In this document: positions 51,533 through 64,000 of the stretch, piece by piece
Layout of the letters: the number at the start of each line of letters is the position of its first letter
Numbering within the stretch: position 1 is the stretch's first letter
Assembly (NCBI RefSeq): GCF_006345805.1
Contig: NC_042999.1
Location: 2,046,001-2,110,000, forward strand
Direction: 5' to 3'
Origin: Octopus sinensis
Lineage: Eukaryota
Length of the DNA: 64,000 bases
The notes under the pieces: model-generated
Database searches by the model: none
What the model was told of the DNA's origin: nothing
The model's input: only the letters and a program-made list of their open reading frames with translations
Made by a program: the position numbers and the translations under genes

Positions 51533-52170
51533 ACTGTACAAAAACTGTGTATAATATATATCATAATGATATTTAATCTCCGATTTTAAAGCAACAATTT
51601 TTAAATATAATCAAATGAACGAAAAATGATGAGCTAACCTCAGGCTGAATCGAACCCACAAATCGTAGCTGTCCATGACTCCTTGCAAATCTGATTGGCC
51701 AAACATTCACCCATCAATTTCAGTCATAATATATATCATAATGATATAACATATATCATAATGATTAAATATCATTATGATATATATTATATACAGTTAT
51801 TGTACAGTTATTATATTATGAGTCTTCCATAGTAGCTTTCTCTCCGTAGCCCACAAAGCCTTTCGGGTTTGTTTATAAAAATATTATTTATGTAGTATAT
51901 ATATATATAATCTGTGGGTGAAGGGGTTGGAGTAGATAGTGATATACTACACTTGTTTCAAATGACATATATTATGCAACTTAAAGGTGCTACATAAATG
52001 TTCAGTGTTCCTTGTCTTGAGGTACTTTTCTAAATGTAACTTACAAGTTTATGACAATGAACTTAAAGAAAAGTACCAGAAGAGAAGGAACACAGAATAT
52101 TTATGTTGCACATTAAAATTATGTAAGATTCATGCAGTGTGTCTTTTGAAATATATGTAGTGCATAACTA
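51531..52170. repeat. Two decayed fold-back elements (51531-51810 and about 51940-52170)
   Basis: ataactgtacaaaaactgtgtataatatatatcataatgatatttaatc / gattaaatatcattatgatatatattatacagttattgtacagttat; gttcagtgttccttgtcttgaggtacttttct / agaaaagtaccagaagagaaggaacacagaat. Confidence 0.6.
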
Positions 52171-52639
52171 CCTACTCCATTTCCGTCACTCACTGATATG
52201 CTACCAGATATCTTGCTAATTTCATTGGAATATATTCGAGTTGTATACAGACAGTCATCTTAGAAAGATTTCAGTCTAATTTGATACAGGATGAAATGTG
52301 CTTTGGTTAATGAACTTCATTGATTGATTATCATCTAGTTTATGTTATCTTTACATGCCTTGTCCTGTCCATGATTGAGCCTAACCAGTTATGAACCATG
52401 GGCATTTTGCATCTTACTAATACATGTATATATGTATGAACATATATATTCATACACACATACACACATATATACACATATACATATACATATATAGAGG
52501 GAAAATAGTCGAAAATGCACTGAGAATAGTTTAAATATTTTTATCAATATATTTAAAGTTTTAACAAGTTCCACAGCTTACACTGGTTCTCAAAGATAGG
52601 AAGACGTGGCTTGAGTCGCAACCGTCATGCTTCTGTATA

Positions 52640-52995
52640 CATCATCATCATCATCGTTTAACGTCCGTTTTCCATGCTAGCATGGGTTGGACGGTTCAAC
52701 TGGAGTCTGGGAAGCCAGGAGGCTGTGCCAGGCTCAGTCTGATCTGGCAGTGTTTCTACGGCTGGATGTCCTTCCTAACACCAACCACTCCGTGAGTGTA
52801 GTGGGTGCTTTTTACGTGCCACCTGCACAGGTGCCAGACGAGGCGGGCAATGGCCACAGTCGGATGGTGCGTTTTACGTGCCACCGGCATGGAGGCCAGT
52901 CGGAGCGGCACTGGCAACAGCCATGTTTGGAAGGTTCTCTTACGTGCCATCGGCACTGGTATCACAGCTACAATTTCCATTGATGCTGATCGATT
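52640..52995 (-). mobile_element. RTE 3'UTR/tail fragment
   Basis: Reverse complement of the RTE tail. Confidence 0.8.
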
Positions 52996-53759
52996 TTGAT
53001 TTTGATTTTGATTTTCATATATATGTGTGTATATACACATATAATAGATATTTATATATAAATATGCATATATTAATATAGATACATATATATATATATA
53101 TTTATATATACAGACATGTGGTGCATATATATATATATATATATGCATATATGTATGTATGTGTGTCTAAGTATGAATGTATGTATATGCATATGTATAT
53201 ATCCATCATATAAGAATTATGACAAAAGTTTCCTTTCTTAATACAAGCCTCAGTTATTATACATTGGTGTAAAAACATAAAAGAGTTTACACTTCATATA
53301 GCTTTCAGACTTTCACATGCATACATAGATCACCAATGAACACACACACACACACACGCACCTGTACACATACACACACATAACACTTCTGACGTCTCGT
53401 TAGCTACAACAAAAATATTAATTAGGAGTCATTGACAGAGGTTGCGTTATTTCTGAAGCGCTACTGTAAGAAGAGTTAATTTAGGAGAAAAAACAGAGAG
53501 GAAACAATGATGGCGATTTTTGTAGATACCTAATAAAATAAACGAAATCGTTTCATTAAATTACTGTATTTATGACTTTATGTGACTTTGTACTTCTCGG
53601 CAAACAGTCGTTAACGATCTGAGATAGTTTCTTTTGTACTGTTCAAACAAACACCAAGAATACACCGGCTTTAACCACCACATACATGCGCCGGGTAGAG
53701 TGAGTGCATACAAATACACACACAGGAAAATATATGTCTTGAATGAAGAAAACAAGAGG

Positions 53760-53762
53760 ATG

Positions 53763-53818
<56 letters not shown>

Positions 53819-54460
53819 ATATATAATATATATATGTAATATATGTATGTATTATATGTATATATATATATGTATTTATATATATGTATGTATATATATA
53901 TATGTATATATATATATGTATATATATGTATGTATATATGTATATATATGTATATATATGTATGTATATATATGGTATATATATATGTATATATATATGT
54001 ATATATATATATGTGTATATATATATATGTATATATATATAGTATATATATGTATATATATATGTGTATATATATATGTATATATATATATATATATATA
54101 TACACATACATATATGTATATATATATATATATATATAATACATACATATATATATAGATAGATAGATAGATAATAGATACATGCATACATATCTCAGTA
54201 TGTATTTGGTATGTATGTATATATATATATTATATATATAATATTGTATGTATGTACACATGTACATACACACACAGAGGATGTTCATGAAGTCATTTAA
54301 AACTTTCTAGAAATTCTGCTATGAACTTATAAGACAATTATGGACAGACTATATATATTTACACACATACACACACACATATATATTGATTGATAGATAC
54401 ATAGATATGATATACAAGTGTATGTATATATATATATACACACATATACACATACAATAA
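53760..54460. repeat. (TA)n microsatellite field
   Basis: Direct reading. Confidence 0.95.
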
Positions 54461-55925
54461 CATATGTACATATATATGTGCACGTGTAATGTCAGTGTTC
54501 ATAATCGACAGAGTTTAATACCTTGAGAGAAAAGTTGGACCTAAGAAGCATCAGATGTTGTGTGCAGAGAGACGTTTGCGCTGGTATGGTCATGTGACGG
54601 AAATCGTTGAAGATAGTTGTGTGCAAAAGTGCCACGCCCTAGCAGTTGAGGGAACCTGTGAAAGATGTTAGAACCCAGGAAAACCTGGGACGAGTGGTGA
54701 GCACGACCTTCGAACTTTAGGTCTCACCAAGAAATGACTAGAGACCAAGACCTATGGAAGTATGCTGTGCGTACTATGTATATATATATATATACACACA
54801 TATACACATACAAATACACATATGTACATATATATGTGCACGTGTAATGTCAGTGTTCATAATCGACAGAGTGTAAGTACCTTGAGAGAAAAGTTGGACC
54901 TAAGAAGCATCAGATGTTGTGTGCAAGAGAGACGTTTGCGCTGGTATGGTCATGTGACGAGAATGGCTGAAGATAGTTGTGTGCAAAAGTGCCACGCCCT
55001 AGCAGTTGAGGGAACCTGTGGAAGAGGTAGACCCAGGAAAACCTGGGACGAGGTGGTGAAGCACGACCTTCGAACTTTAGGTCTCACCAAGGAAATGACT
55101 AGAGACCAAGACCTATGGAAGTATGCTGTGCGTGAGAAGACCCAGCAAGACTAGTGAGACCATAACCCGTGGCCTCTACCGAGTATGTAGCCAGTCGACT
55201 TATACATACCTTTCCTTATTGGGACACAAAACTCCACTTGTGAAGATCCATTGAGGCAAGTGAAAGTCAAAACCAAAATCAAAATCAAACCAAATCAAAT
55301 CAGATATCAGAAAGCAGAACCAAAATCGAAGTCGATCAACATCAATGGAAATTGCAGCTGTGATACAAGTGCCGGTGACAAGTAAGCGAACCATCCGATC
55401 GTGACCGTTGCCAGCGCCGCCCTGACTGGCCTCTGTGCCGGTGGCACGTAAAAAGCACCATCCGTTCATGGCCGTTGCCAGCCTCGCCTGGCCCCCATGC
55501 CGGTGGCACGTAGCACCATCTGTTCATGGCTGTTGCCAGCCTCGCCTGGCCCCCATGCTGGTGGCACGTAAAAGCACCAACCGTTCATGGCCGTTACCAG
55601 CCTCGCCTGGCCCCCGTGCCGGTGGCACGTAAAAAGCACCATCCGATCGTGGCCGTTGCCAGCTTCGTCTGGTTCCCGTGCCAGTGACACGTAAAAAGCA
55701 CCATCCGATCATGGCTGTCTGCCATCCGCCTCTGGCACGTAAAAAGCACCCACTACACTCACGGAGTGGTTGGCATTAGGAAGGGCATCCAGCCGTAGGA
55801 ACACTGCCAGATCAGACTGGGCCTGATGCAGCCTTCTGGCTTCACAGACCCCAGTTGAAACGTCCAACCCATGCTAGCATGGACAGCGGACGCTAAATGA
55901 TGATGATGATTATGATGATGATATA
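54461..55925 (+). mobile_element. 5'-truncated RTE LINE (ORF C-terminus, 3'UTR with about 60-bp repeats, (GAT)n tail), preceded by an indel-rich duplicate of its ORF part
   Basis: ORF to 55154: CNVSVHNRQSVSTLREKL..RRLRWYGHVTRM..GRGRPRKTWDEVVKHDL..D*. Duplicate at 54461-54772. Confidence 0.88.
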
Positions 55926-56049
55926 TATATATATACTTTATTATTCATAAATGTACATATATATGTATAAATAAATATACAGAAAGAGACACAAGCAAAT
56001 ATGCAGTAATAGATAGACAAATGGATATGCTTAACCATCTTCTCACACC

Positions 56050-56097
56050 GTCTCCAATGAAGAAATATAATAAATATCCTAGAAACAGCTGTAAGAC
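56050..56097 (+). ncRNA. Decayed hammerhead remnant
   Basis: GTCT CCAATGA agaaatat aataa atatcct a GAAA CAGCTG TA AGAC. Stem I GTCT/AGAC, palindrome ACAGCTGT; core and stem II are damaged. Confidence 0.5.
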
Positions 56098-56374
56098 CTT
56101 CTATCTATAAATGTTCTAAAATCTACACAGCTTTGGTTTTTTTCTCTCATTACAAAAAAAATTTATATTGTGAGTGATTTTAATAATTTATATCCATGTT
56201 TTACAATAACTGCTTGTATTCTTTTCTTATATGCATTGAATAGTATACTGTATGTATGTATGTTATTATGGTTGTCGTTTTGATAAATAAATAAGTCAAC
56301 ATTTTAATGTCCTAAAATTGATGAACCAACTAATGTGCCTCTCCATTTTCTTACTTGGAATATGTATATACATA

Positions 56375-56650
56375 TCATCATCATCATCATCATCATCGTT
56401 TAACATCCGTTTTCCACGCTAGCACGGGTTGGACGGTTCGACCGGGGTCTGGGAAGCCAGAAGGCTGCACCAGGCCCAGTCTGATCTGGCAGAGTTTCTA
56501 CAGCTGGATGCCCTTCCTAACGCCAACCACTCCACGAGTGTAGTGGGTGCTTTTTACGTGCCACCTGCACAGGTGCCAGGGGAGGGTCCGGCATCAGCCA
56601 CGATCGGTTGGAGCTTTTAATGTGCCAGCGACACGGAAGCCAGCCAGGGC
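56375..56650 (-). mobile_element. RTE 3' tail fragment
   Basis: Reverse complement of the RTE tail. Confidence 0.8.
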
Positions 56651-57224
56651 ATATAATATATATATATATATAGCTGGATTAATGGATGTATGGATGGATG
56701 GATAGATAGATATGCATGGAAATACACTTATTTACATCCATATCTACATATTTATATACATACATACATATATATATGTACATATAAATATATGCACATA
56801 TACACACACACTCACACATATATATGTATATATTTATATATATATATCAATACATACGTATAAAGATATGTATATACATCTGTCTATATATCTATTGATA
56901 CATACACACACACATGCACATATCTGCACAAATACCTACATACATTTCACTGTCACTGTTCTATGAGAGACTTTCTCTACAGGCATTAATGGCAACACAC
57001 CATAGGTTAAGTGCTGACAAGTTTTACCATTGTTCTGCTGATTTCTTACTGACCTCTTTATGAAAGATAAAAACATTTCATTTTTGTTTTTGTTTATTTT
57101 CTTTTTTTAACTTTTTTTTTCAGTTATTTATTAATTAATTAATTTATCTATTTATTCGTTTATTTATTTATTCAAACATGAAATGAAATATACATTTCTT
57201 TCTGTTGGTGGGAGGAAAGAAATT

Positions 57225-57520
57225 AATTGAATACAAATGATAATAATAATGATGATGATGATGATGATGATGTTGATGATGATGATGGATATAATAATAA
57301 TATATTAATAATAATGATAATAGTAATAATAATTATGATGATGATAATATCAAGACAAAGAACAAAAATAACAATTATGATGATGATGATGATAACAATA
57401 TTGATGACAATAACACTAACAATAATAATTATCATTGTTGTAGAAGTAATAATACAATAAGAGATAATAATAAAAATAACAATAATAATGATAATAATAA
57501 GAATAGTAATAATAATAGTA

Positions 57521-57554
<34 letters not shown>

Positions 57555-57676
57555 TAATAATGATAATAATAATAATAGTAATAATAATAATAAGAACAAG
57601 AACAAGAACAAGAACAAGAACCATAACAATAACAATGATATAATAATAACAATGATAATGAGAATAATGATGATGA

Positions 57677-57717
<41 letters not shown>

Positions 57718-57860
57718 ATGATAATAATAATAATGATAGTAGTAGTAGTAGTAATAATAATAATAATAGTAATAATAATTATTATTATTATTGTTATTAT
57801 TATTACTATCATTATTATTTATTATTATTATTATTATTATTGTTATTATTATTTAATAAT
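57225..57860. repeat. (AAT/GAT/AGT)n tract
   Basis: Direct reading. Confidence 0.9.
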
Positions 57861-58272
57861 AAAAAGATCATAAAGAGTCAGTTATTAAAAAAGAAAGATT
57901 AAAAATGAAATAAAGAATAAGCAAGAGACATTATATTTGTAATCTGTGAAAGCAATTATAAGAAGCAGATTGTTCAAGAGATTATTTTTCCAATTGCATC
58001 TGGTTGGTTAATTGCTTCCAGGCAAGTATTTCATTGCCATAAAGAGTCTAAGCATGTATAGAATTTATGGAGTGGTTATTAAAATTACTTAAGTTTTTTT
58101 AATAGGAAATAAACATTTTCGAATAATATGGTTTCGTAATTAGATCTTTGGAGGAATTGTATTAGAAACGTTTTAAAGAATATACTTGATGTTTCTAAAG
58201 GTAAAAGAAAAATTTGGAAGGTATTAGGTATTTACCAAGTGGTTTAGTTGTAGGAATAAATCTTAGTGAATG

Positions 58273-58713
58273 TAGAAGGGTTGGACAAAATAATGGAAAC
58301 ATCTAGCATCATAAAATCATAATTTTGAAATATCTATAAAACCGTCAAAAGCTTGTCTATTTTTATGTTTTTTGATTTATTATTAGTGTTGCTTAAAATG
58401 TTTTGCTAAAATTGCTGTTTCTTTTTCAGATATCATTAAAAAAAGGTAATTAAAATTCATTAGAATGAGAGATGTATTCGACTTTCAAAGAGACCAAATT
58501 GTTGGTGCTCGTATGGCAGGTGCTAGCGTAATGAAACTAGTCGAAATGTTTGGTGTATCAAGAAGTACTGTCTCAAAAGTAATGACAGCCTTTGAGAAAG
58601 AGGGAAAAACCTCCTCATCGAAACAAAACAATGGAAGAAAACCAAAATATTCAGACAGAGACTGTTGGACTCTTACGCAAATTGTTAGAAATGATCACAA
58701 AAGTACAGCTCCA
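58273..58713 (+). pseudogene. Tc1-family transposase N-terminal fragment with probable left TIR
   Basis: ORF from 58465: MRDVFDFQRDQIVGARMAGASVMKLVEMFGVSRSTVSKVMTAFEKEGKTSSSKQNNGRKPKYSDRD (paired-like HTH, GRK motif). TIR-like gggttggacaaaataatggaaac at about 58277. Confidence 0.85.
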
Positions 58714-58914
58714 TGTGTGTGTGTATGTATATACGTATATATATATGTATGTACATATATATATGTGTGTGTGTGTGTGTGTGTATATGCATGTATATAT
58801 ATATATCCCTAGCTCCAGCCTCAGCTGTGAACTTAACAGATGACCCCTTATAGTACCTACACAGTGTACCTATTCGTTTAGATCACCACTGAATTAAACC
58901 CCTCGTATTCTTTA

Positions 58915-59105
58915 TGTATATATACTCTCTTTTACTCTTTCACTTGTTTCAGTCAAAGAAATCAACCTCAGGACTTACCTTTGTAAGCCTAGTACTTATT
59001 CTATCAGTCTCTTTTGCCAAACCGCTAGATTATGGGGACATAAACACACCAGCATCGGTTGTCAAGTGTGTTGGGGGACAAATACAGACACACAAACACA
59101 CACAC

Positions 59106-59167
<62 letters not shown>

Positions 59168-59330
59168 TACGACGGGCTTCTTTCAGTTTCTATCTACCAA
59201 ATCCACTCACAAGACTTTGGTCGGCCTGAGGCTATAGAAGACACTTGCCCAAGGTGCCACGCAGTGGAAATGAACCTGGAACCATGTGGTTGGTAAGCAA
59301 GCTACTTACCACACAGCCACTCCTGCACCT
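58915..59330 (-). mobile_element. SINE family A
   Basis: Homology to the other copies. Confidence 0.85.
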
Positions 59331-60559
59331 ACTTACCACACCGCCACTCCTGTATATATATATATATATATATGTACTAATACATTGCCAGACAGAGGTA
59401 AGCTGATAGATACAAATTGCAAGTTCAAATCACCTCCAAGTGTTTATGTTTATTGAAAAGAAACCTTAATCTACATCATTTCACTTCACCTAATCTCAAT
59501 AAGAGATAAGAGATCTGACACAGGAAATTATAAGCATCAATTTGATACTAACAAGTGAAATAGTCCAACATTTATCCAAGTGGTGGATCATCATCATCAT
59601 CATATTTTATTTCCTGTTAGAAAGTCAGTTTCTCTTTTCTCTCTCAAATTTCGGCTTGTAATGTATAAAATCGTTTTGTATTATATCATAACATATAATA
59701 TTACATACATTAGATTCTTAGCGGTTAATTCATATGCAACAGATCTTTTGGGAGAATGAAGAATAAAAAAAATCAATAGAACAAACCACATTCGTTTATA
59801 GAAAGCTCTGATCATGAAAGAACAAGCAATTGTCTCTCTTTATCACACAAGTATGTCAGGTTGTGATATTTTATCCAGAACAGGTATAAATTCCAGTAGG
59901 CAGGCGATAGTAGTGAAACTAGTGCTACAAATAAACTTAAATTGGAACAAATGGTCAGTCTATATAATTGAGGTTATAAAGGTTGCAGATCGAATAATAA
60001 ATGGTTAGATTATAAAGCAACAAGTATAATGATAACGCATGTTGTCTCTTTTGATCCAACAAATGAGAAAAATTGTTTCCTGTTGTCCAATTCTATAGGT
60101 TGGCTTCATGTAAATTACGTCGGAGTTTATATTCTTCTTGTGAATGGTACACCATTGACATAGATCATTGCTGTCCCCAACAAAAGTCATTATCAACAAT
60201 TTACCAGAATTATATTTTCAAAGAACTGCATATCCATTCTTTGTATACAGCAACCATCAAACTATGAATCTAATAACTGGCTGCTGTTACAACATGTATC
60301 AGTTAAATTTTCTCAACATATTGTTCCTTTCTTTTTCTTTTTTTTTTCCTTTTGGCTTTTTTTTTATTTTTAGGTGGTTATGTATGTGTGGTTCAGAAGT
60401 CTTACTCCCAACCATATGGCATCGTGTTCAGTTCCACTGAATAGCAACATGGGTAAATTTCTTCTATTATAGCCCCAGGATGACCAATGTGAATTTGATA
60501 AAAACTATACATACATGCATACATAGGTATATATATATATATATATTATATATCCGATC

Positions 60560-61090
60560 ATGGCACCATCCAATCATGGCTGTTTGCCAGGCTCATCTGG
60601 CACCTGTGCCGGTGGCACGTAAAAAGCACCCTCTACACTCACAGAGTGGTGGGCATCCAGCTGTAGAAACTGTGCCAGATCAGACTGGGCCTGGTGCAGC
60701 CTTCTGGCTTCCCAGACCCCAGTTGAACCGTCCAACCCATGCTAGCATGGAAAGCGGACGTTAAACGATGATGATGATGATGATATATATATATATATAT
60801 ATATATTTAAAAAAATCAAATGAATGATGACAGACAGTGGACCATTGTCAGCCCATTACAGCTGTTTCTTACACATTTCTATCTGAATCCAAGCACGTAA
60901 AAACCACCATTCATGCATGATTGATGCCAGTGCTGCCTGAGGGGTACTTGTGCCAATGGCACGTAAAAAGAACCATTTTGAGCATGGTCAATGCCAGTGC
61001 TGCCTGACTGGCTCCCATGCTGGTGGCATGTAAAAAGCACCCACTACATTCTCAGAGTGGTTGATGTTAGGAAGGGCATCCATCTGATTC
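60560..61090 (+). mobile_element. Two RTE 3'UTR/tail fragments (60560-60785, 60890-61090)
   Basis: RTE tail motifs and (GAT)n. Confidence 0.7.
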
Positions 61091-61699
61091 ACCCAGTCCA
61101 AGATGACATGCAAGACAGACTTTAAGAAACGATGATGACAACGATGATGATAATGTTGATGATGGATGGTAATGATGATAATGATGGATGGTGATGACAA
61201 TGAAGATGATATGTTGATGATGATGTTGTTGCTGAGGATGAGGATGATGATGATGGTGATGATGATGACAATGATGATGATGTTGGTGATTATGGCTGTA
61301 TCCAAATGCAAATCCTGTTTGTTTGTATCACATACCATATGTCGTTTATCTTTTACTTGCACCAGTGATTAAACTGCGGCCATGCTGGGGCACCAACTTA
61401 AAGAATTTTTAGTTGACTGAATTTACCACAGTGCTTGTTTTTTTTTTTAAAGCCTGGTGTCGGTGGTTATGGTGGTGGTGGTGGTGGTTGTGGTGGTGTT
61501 GTTGTTGCTGTTGATATTTGCAATAATCTCATTGTAATGCTAGCAATGATGGTGGTGGCGGCAGTGGTTTAGATGATGATGGTAGTTGTGTTGCTAAACT
61601 GTTAAGTTATGGGGATGTAAACAAACCAGCACTGGTTCTCAAGTGGTGGTAAGGGACAAACACACACACAGACACACACACACGCAAACACACATATGT

Positions 61700-61924
61700 A
61701 TTCCTTTATTCTTTTACTGGTTTCAGTCACTTGACTGTGGCCATGCTGGAGCACTGCCTTTAGTCAAACAAATCGACCCCAGGACTTATTCTTGTAAGCC
61801 TAGTATTTATTCTACTAGCACTTATTATATTTTGCCAAACTGCTAAGTTATGGGCATGTAAACACACCAACTTCGGTTTTCAAGCAATGGTGGAGCAACA
61901 AACACAGGCACATTCACATAAATA

Positions 61925-61993
<69 letters not shown>

Positions 61994-62765
61994 CAACGAC
62001 CTTCTTTACAGTTTTCATCAACCAAATCCACTCACAAGATTTAGTCAGTCTGAGGTTATAGTAGAAGACACTTGACCAAGGTGCCACACAGTGGGACTGG
62101 ACCTGGAACAATGTGGTCGGGAGGCAAGCTTCTTACCACACAGCCACACCTACACCTATATACAATGAGCTTCTTTCAGTTTCTGTCTACCAACTCCAAG
62201 GTGTTTCACAGTGGGACTGGACCTAGAACTATGTGGTTCAGAAGTAAGCTTCTTACTACACCGTCACACCTGCACCTATATACAATGAGCTTCTTTCAGT
62301 TTCCATCTACTAAATCGAAGGTGCCACACAGTGGGATTGAACCCAGAATCACGTGGTTCGGATATAAGCTTCTTATTTCTTTACTGCCCACAAGGGGCTA
62401 CACACAGAGGGGACAAACAAGGACAGACAAACGGATTAAGTCGATTATATCGACCCCAGTGCGTAACTGGTACTTATTTAATCGACCCTGAAAGGATGAA
62501 AGGCAAAGTCAGCCTCGCCGGAATTTGAACTCGGAATGTAGCGGCAGACAAAATACCACTAAGCATTTTGCCTGGCATGCTAGCGTTTCTGCCAGCTCGT
62601 CGCCTTTTTGGAAATAAGATTCTTACCACACAGCCACCCCTGCACCTATATATAGAATGAGCTTTTTTCAGTTTCCGTCTCCTAAATCGAAGGTGCCACA
62701 CAGTGGGACTGAACCCAGAACTATGTGGTTGAGAAGCAAGCTTTTTACCACACAGCCATGTCTAC
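61700..62765 (-). mobile_element. SINE A with about 4 tandem head-segment repeats, containing a SINE B insertion (62376-62613) with a 12-bp TSD
   Basis: Repeated aggtgccacacagtgggact..cacctatatacaatgagcttctttcagtttc. TSD ataagcttctta (62364-62375) / ataagattctta (62614-62625). Confidence 0.75.
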
Positions 62766-63309
62766 AACTAAGTAAGCAGTAAAGTTTGCTCGAGACATAT
62801 GTATCGCTAGTGCTGTCTGCATGCATCTCATCATCTTAGCATCATTTTAAGAAGCCAAAAATACTTTGTGAAAGTTTAAACTTGGAGATAACAGACAAAG
62901 AAGGCTAGAACTCTCCTTCTAAGAATACATTTGTGTCTGTCTGCATTTTAAGGATGTCCATAATTGTGACTAACGAAATTTGCAACGTCTTCTTGTAATC
63001 TACTTCCTGTAATCTACTTCCTGTTACTAGCTATTTGACTTCATAACGCATTATGCTCGCCCACATCATATGCACTCACAAAATATATACATGTCTGAAA
63101 CTGTGTGTATATGTGTATGTATGTAGATATATATGTGAGGGTAAATATAGGAGGAACTGGTTTATATTTGTACTCTTTCAATCGTCATTATCATCATCAG
63201 CATCACCTCTGGCTTTGATTCTGAGTTTGGTTTGTATGCGTTTAAAGAAATCAAAGAAGTGTGCTTGTGATTGGACTGAAATAAAACTAAGACAAACAAA
63301 ATAAAACAA

Positions 63310-63444
63310 CATATATATATATATATATTTATATTATATATTTATATGCGTGTATATGTTCACATATATCCTTGTGTGTATATAGAGATATATAAGTATA
63401 TATATATATATGTATGTATGTATATATATATGTATATATGTGTG

Positions 63445-63515
<71 letters not shown>

Positions 63516-63680
63516 GTGTATATATATATATATATATGTGTGTTTATATATATATATATATATATATTGGTAAAAACGGTAAGACAACAAAAGAAAAATA
63601 TATATATACATATATATGTATATATATAGATATATATACATATATATGTATATATATGTGTATATATATACATGAACTTT
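63310..63680. repeat. (TA)n microsatellite field
   Basis: Direct reading. Confidence 0.95.
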
Positions 63681-64000
63681 TTCTATCGAGTTCTGATCCT
63701 GACAAATGTTCAATACTATAATTCAATATAAAGCTTTAATTTAATTTTTCTAAGATTTGAATTAACTGATTGGACATGGAAACAATAGTAGGCTCTATGA
63801 GTTTGTGATATTGACCGAAATTGGATTTGTTTCAATACATTGATGCCTATATGTCAATTTCTCCATTTTCTTCTTTTTCTTTTATATATGTATATATATA
63901 TATGTATGTGTGTATTATATATATATATACACAATATATATATATACAATATATATATGTGAATATATATATATGTATATATATACATGTGAATATATAT

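Noticed and set aside
55455-55500. GCCAG-CCTCGC-CTGGC hairpin resembling HDV ribozyme P3/L3
   Set aside because: I could not find P1, P2 or the J4/2 catalytic segment, and it lies in a 3'UTR rather than at the 5' end where RTE ribozymes occur.

Overview
Animal (eukaryotic) genomic DNA, AT-rich and saturated with microsatellites and transposon relics. The repeat families look like those of Octopus or another cephalopod (inference from memory, not a search). I recognise no host protein-coding gene, and most ORFs in the track are microsatellite translations. Recognisable elements: (1) an R4/Dong-like non-LTR element with an uninterrupted 416-codon RT/zinc-knuckle frame at the left edge, plus short relatives, all sitting in (TAA)n; (2) a GC-rich Penelope-like element (RT + GIY-YIG, 29.8-32.1 kb, minus strand) and a second PLE endonuclease remnant; (3) RTE 3' ends, Tx1/L1-like fragments, Tc1/mariner relics and two tRNA-derived SINE families. 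The most notable signal is a set of minimal type-I hammerhead ribozymes of several unrelated families, each with a palindromic stem III. They include a CCGACGA core variant and a G3:C8-swapped core (GUGAACA) present twice in a 289-bp fold-back. Two fold-back elements place a tRNA-like Pol III head upstream of a hammerhead. One 100-N assembly gap lies at 10806-10905. Coordinates of decayed repeats are approximate.
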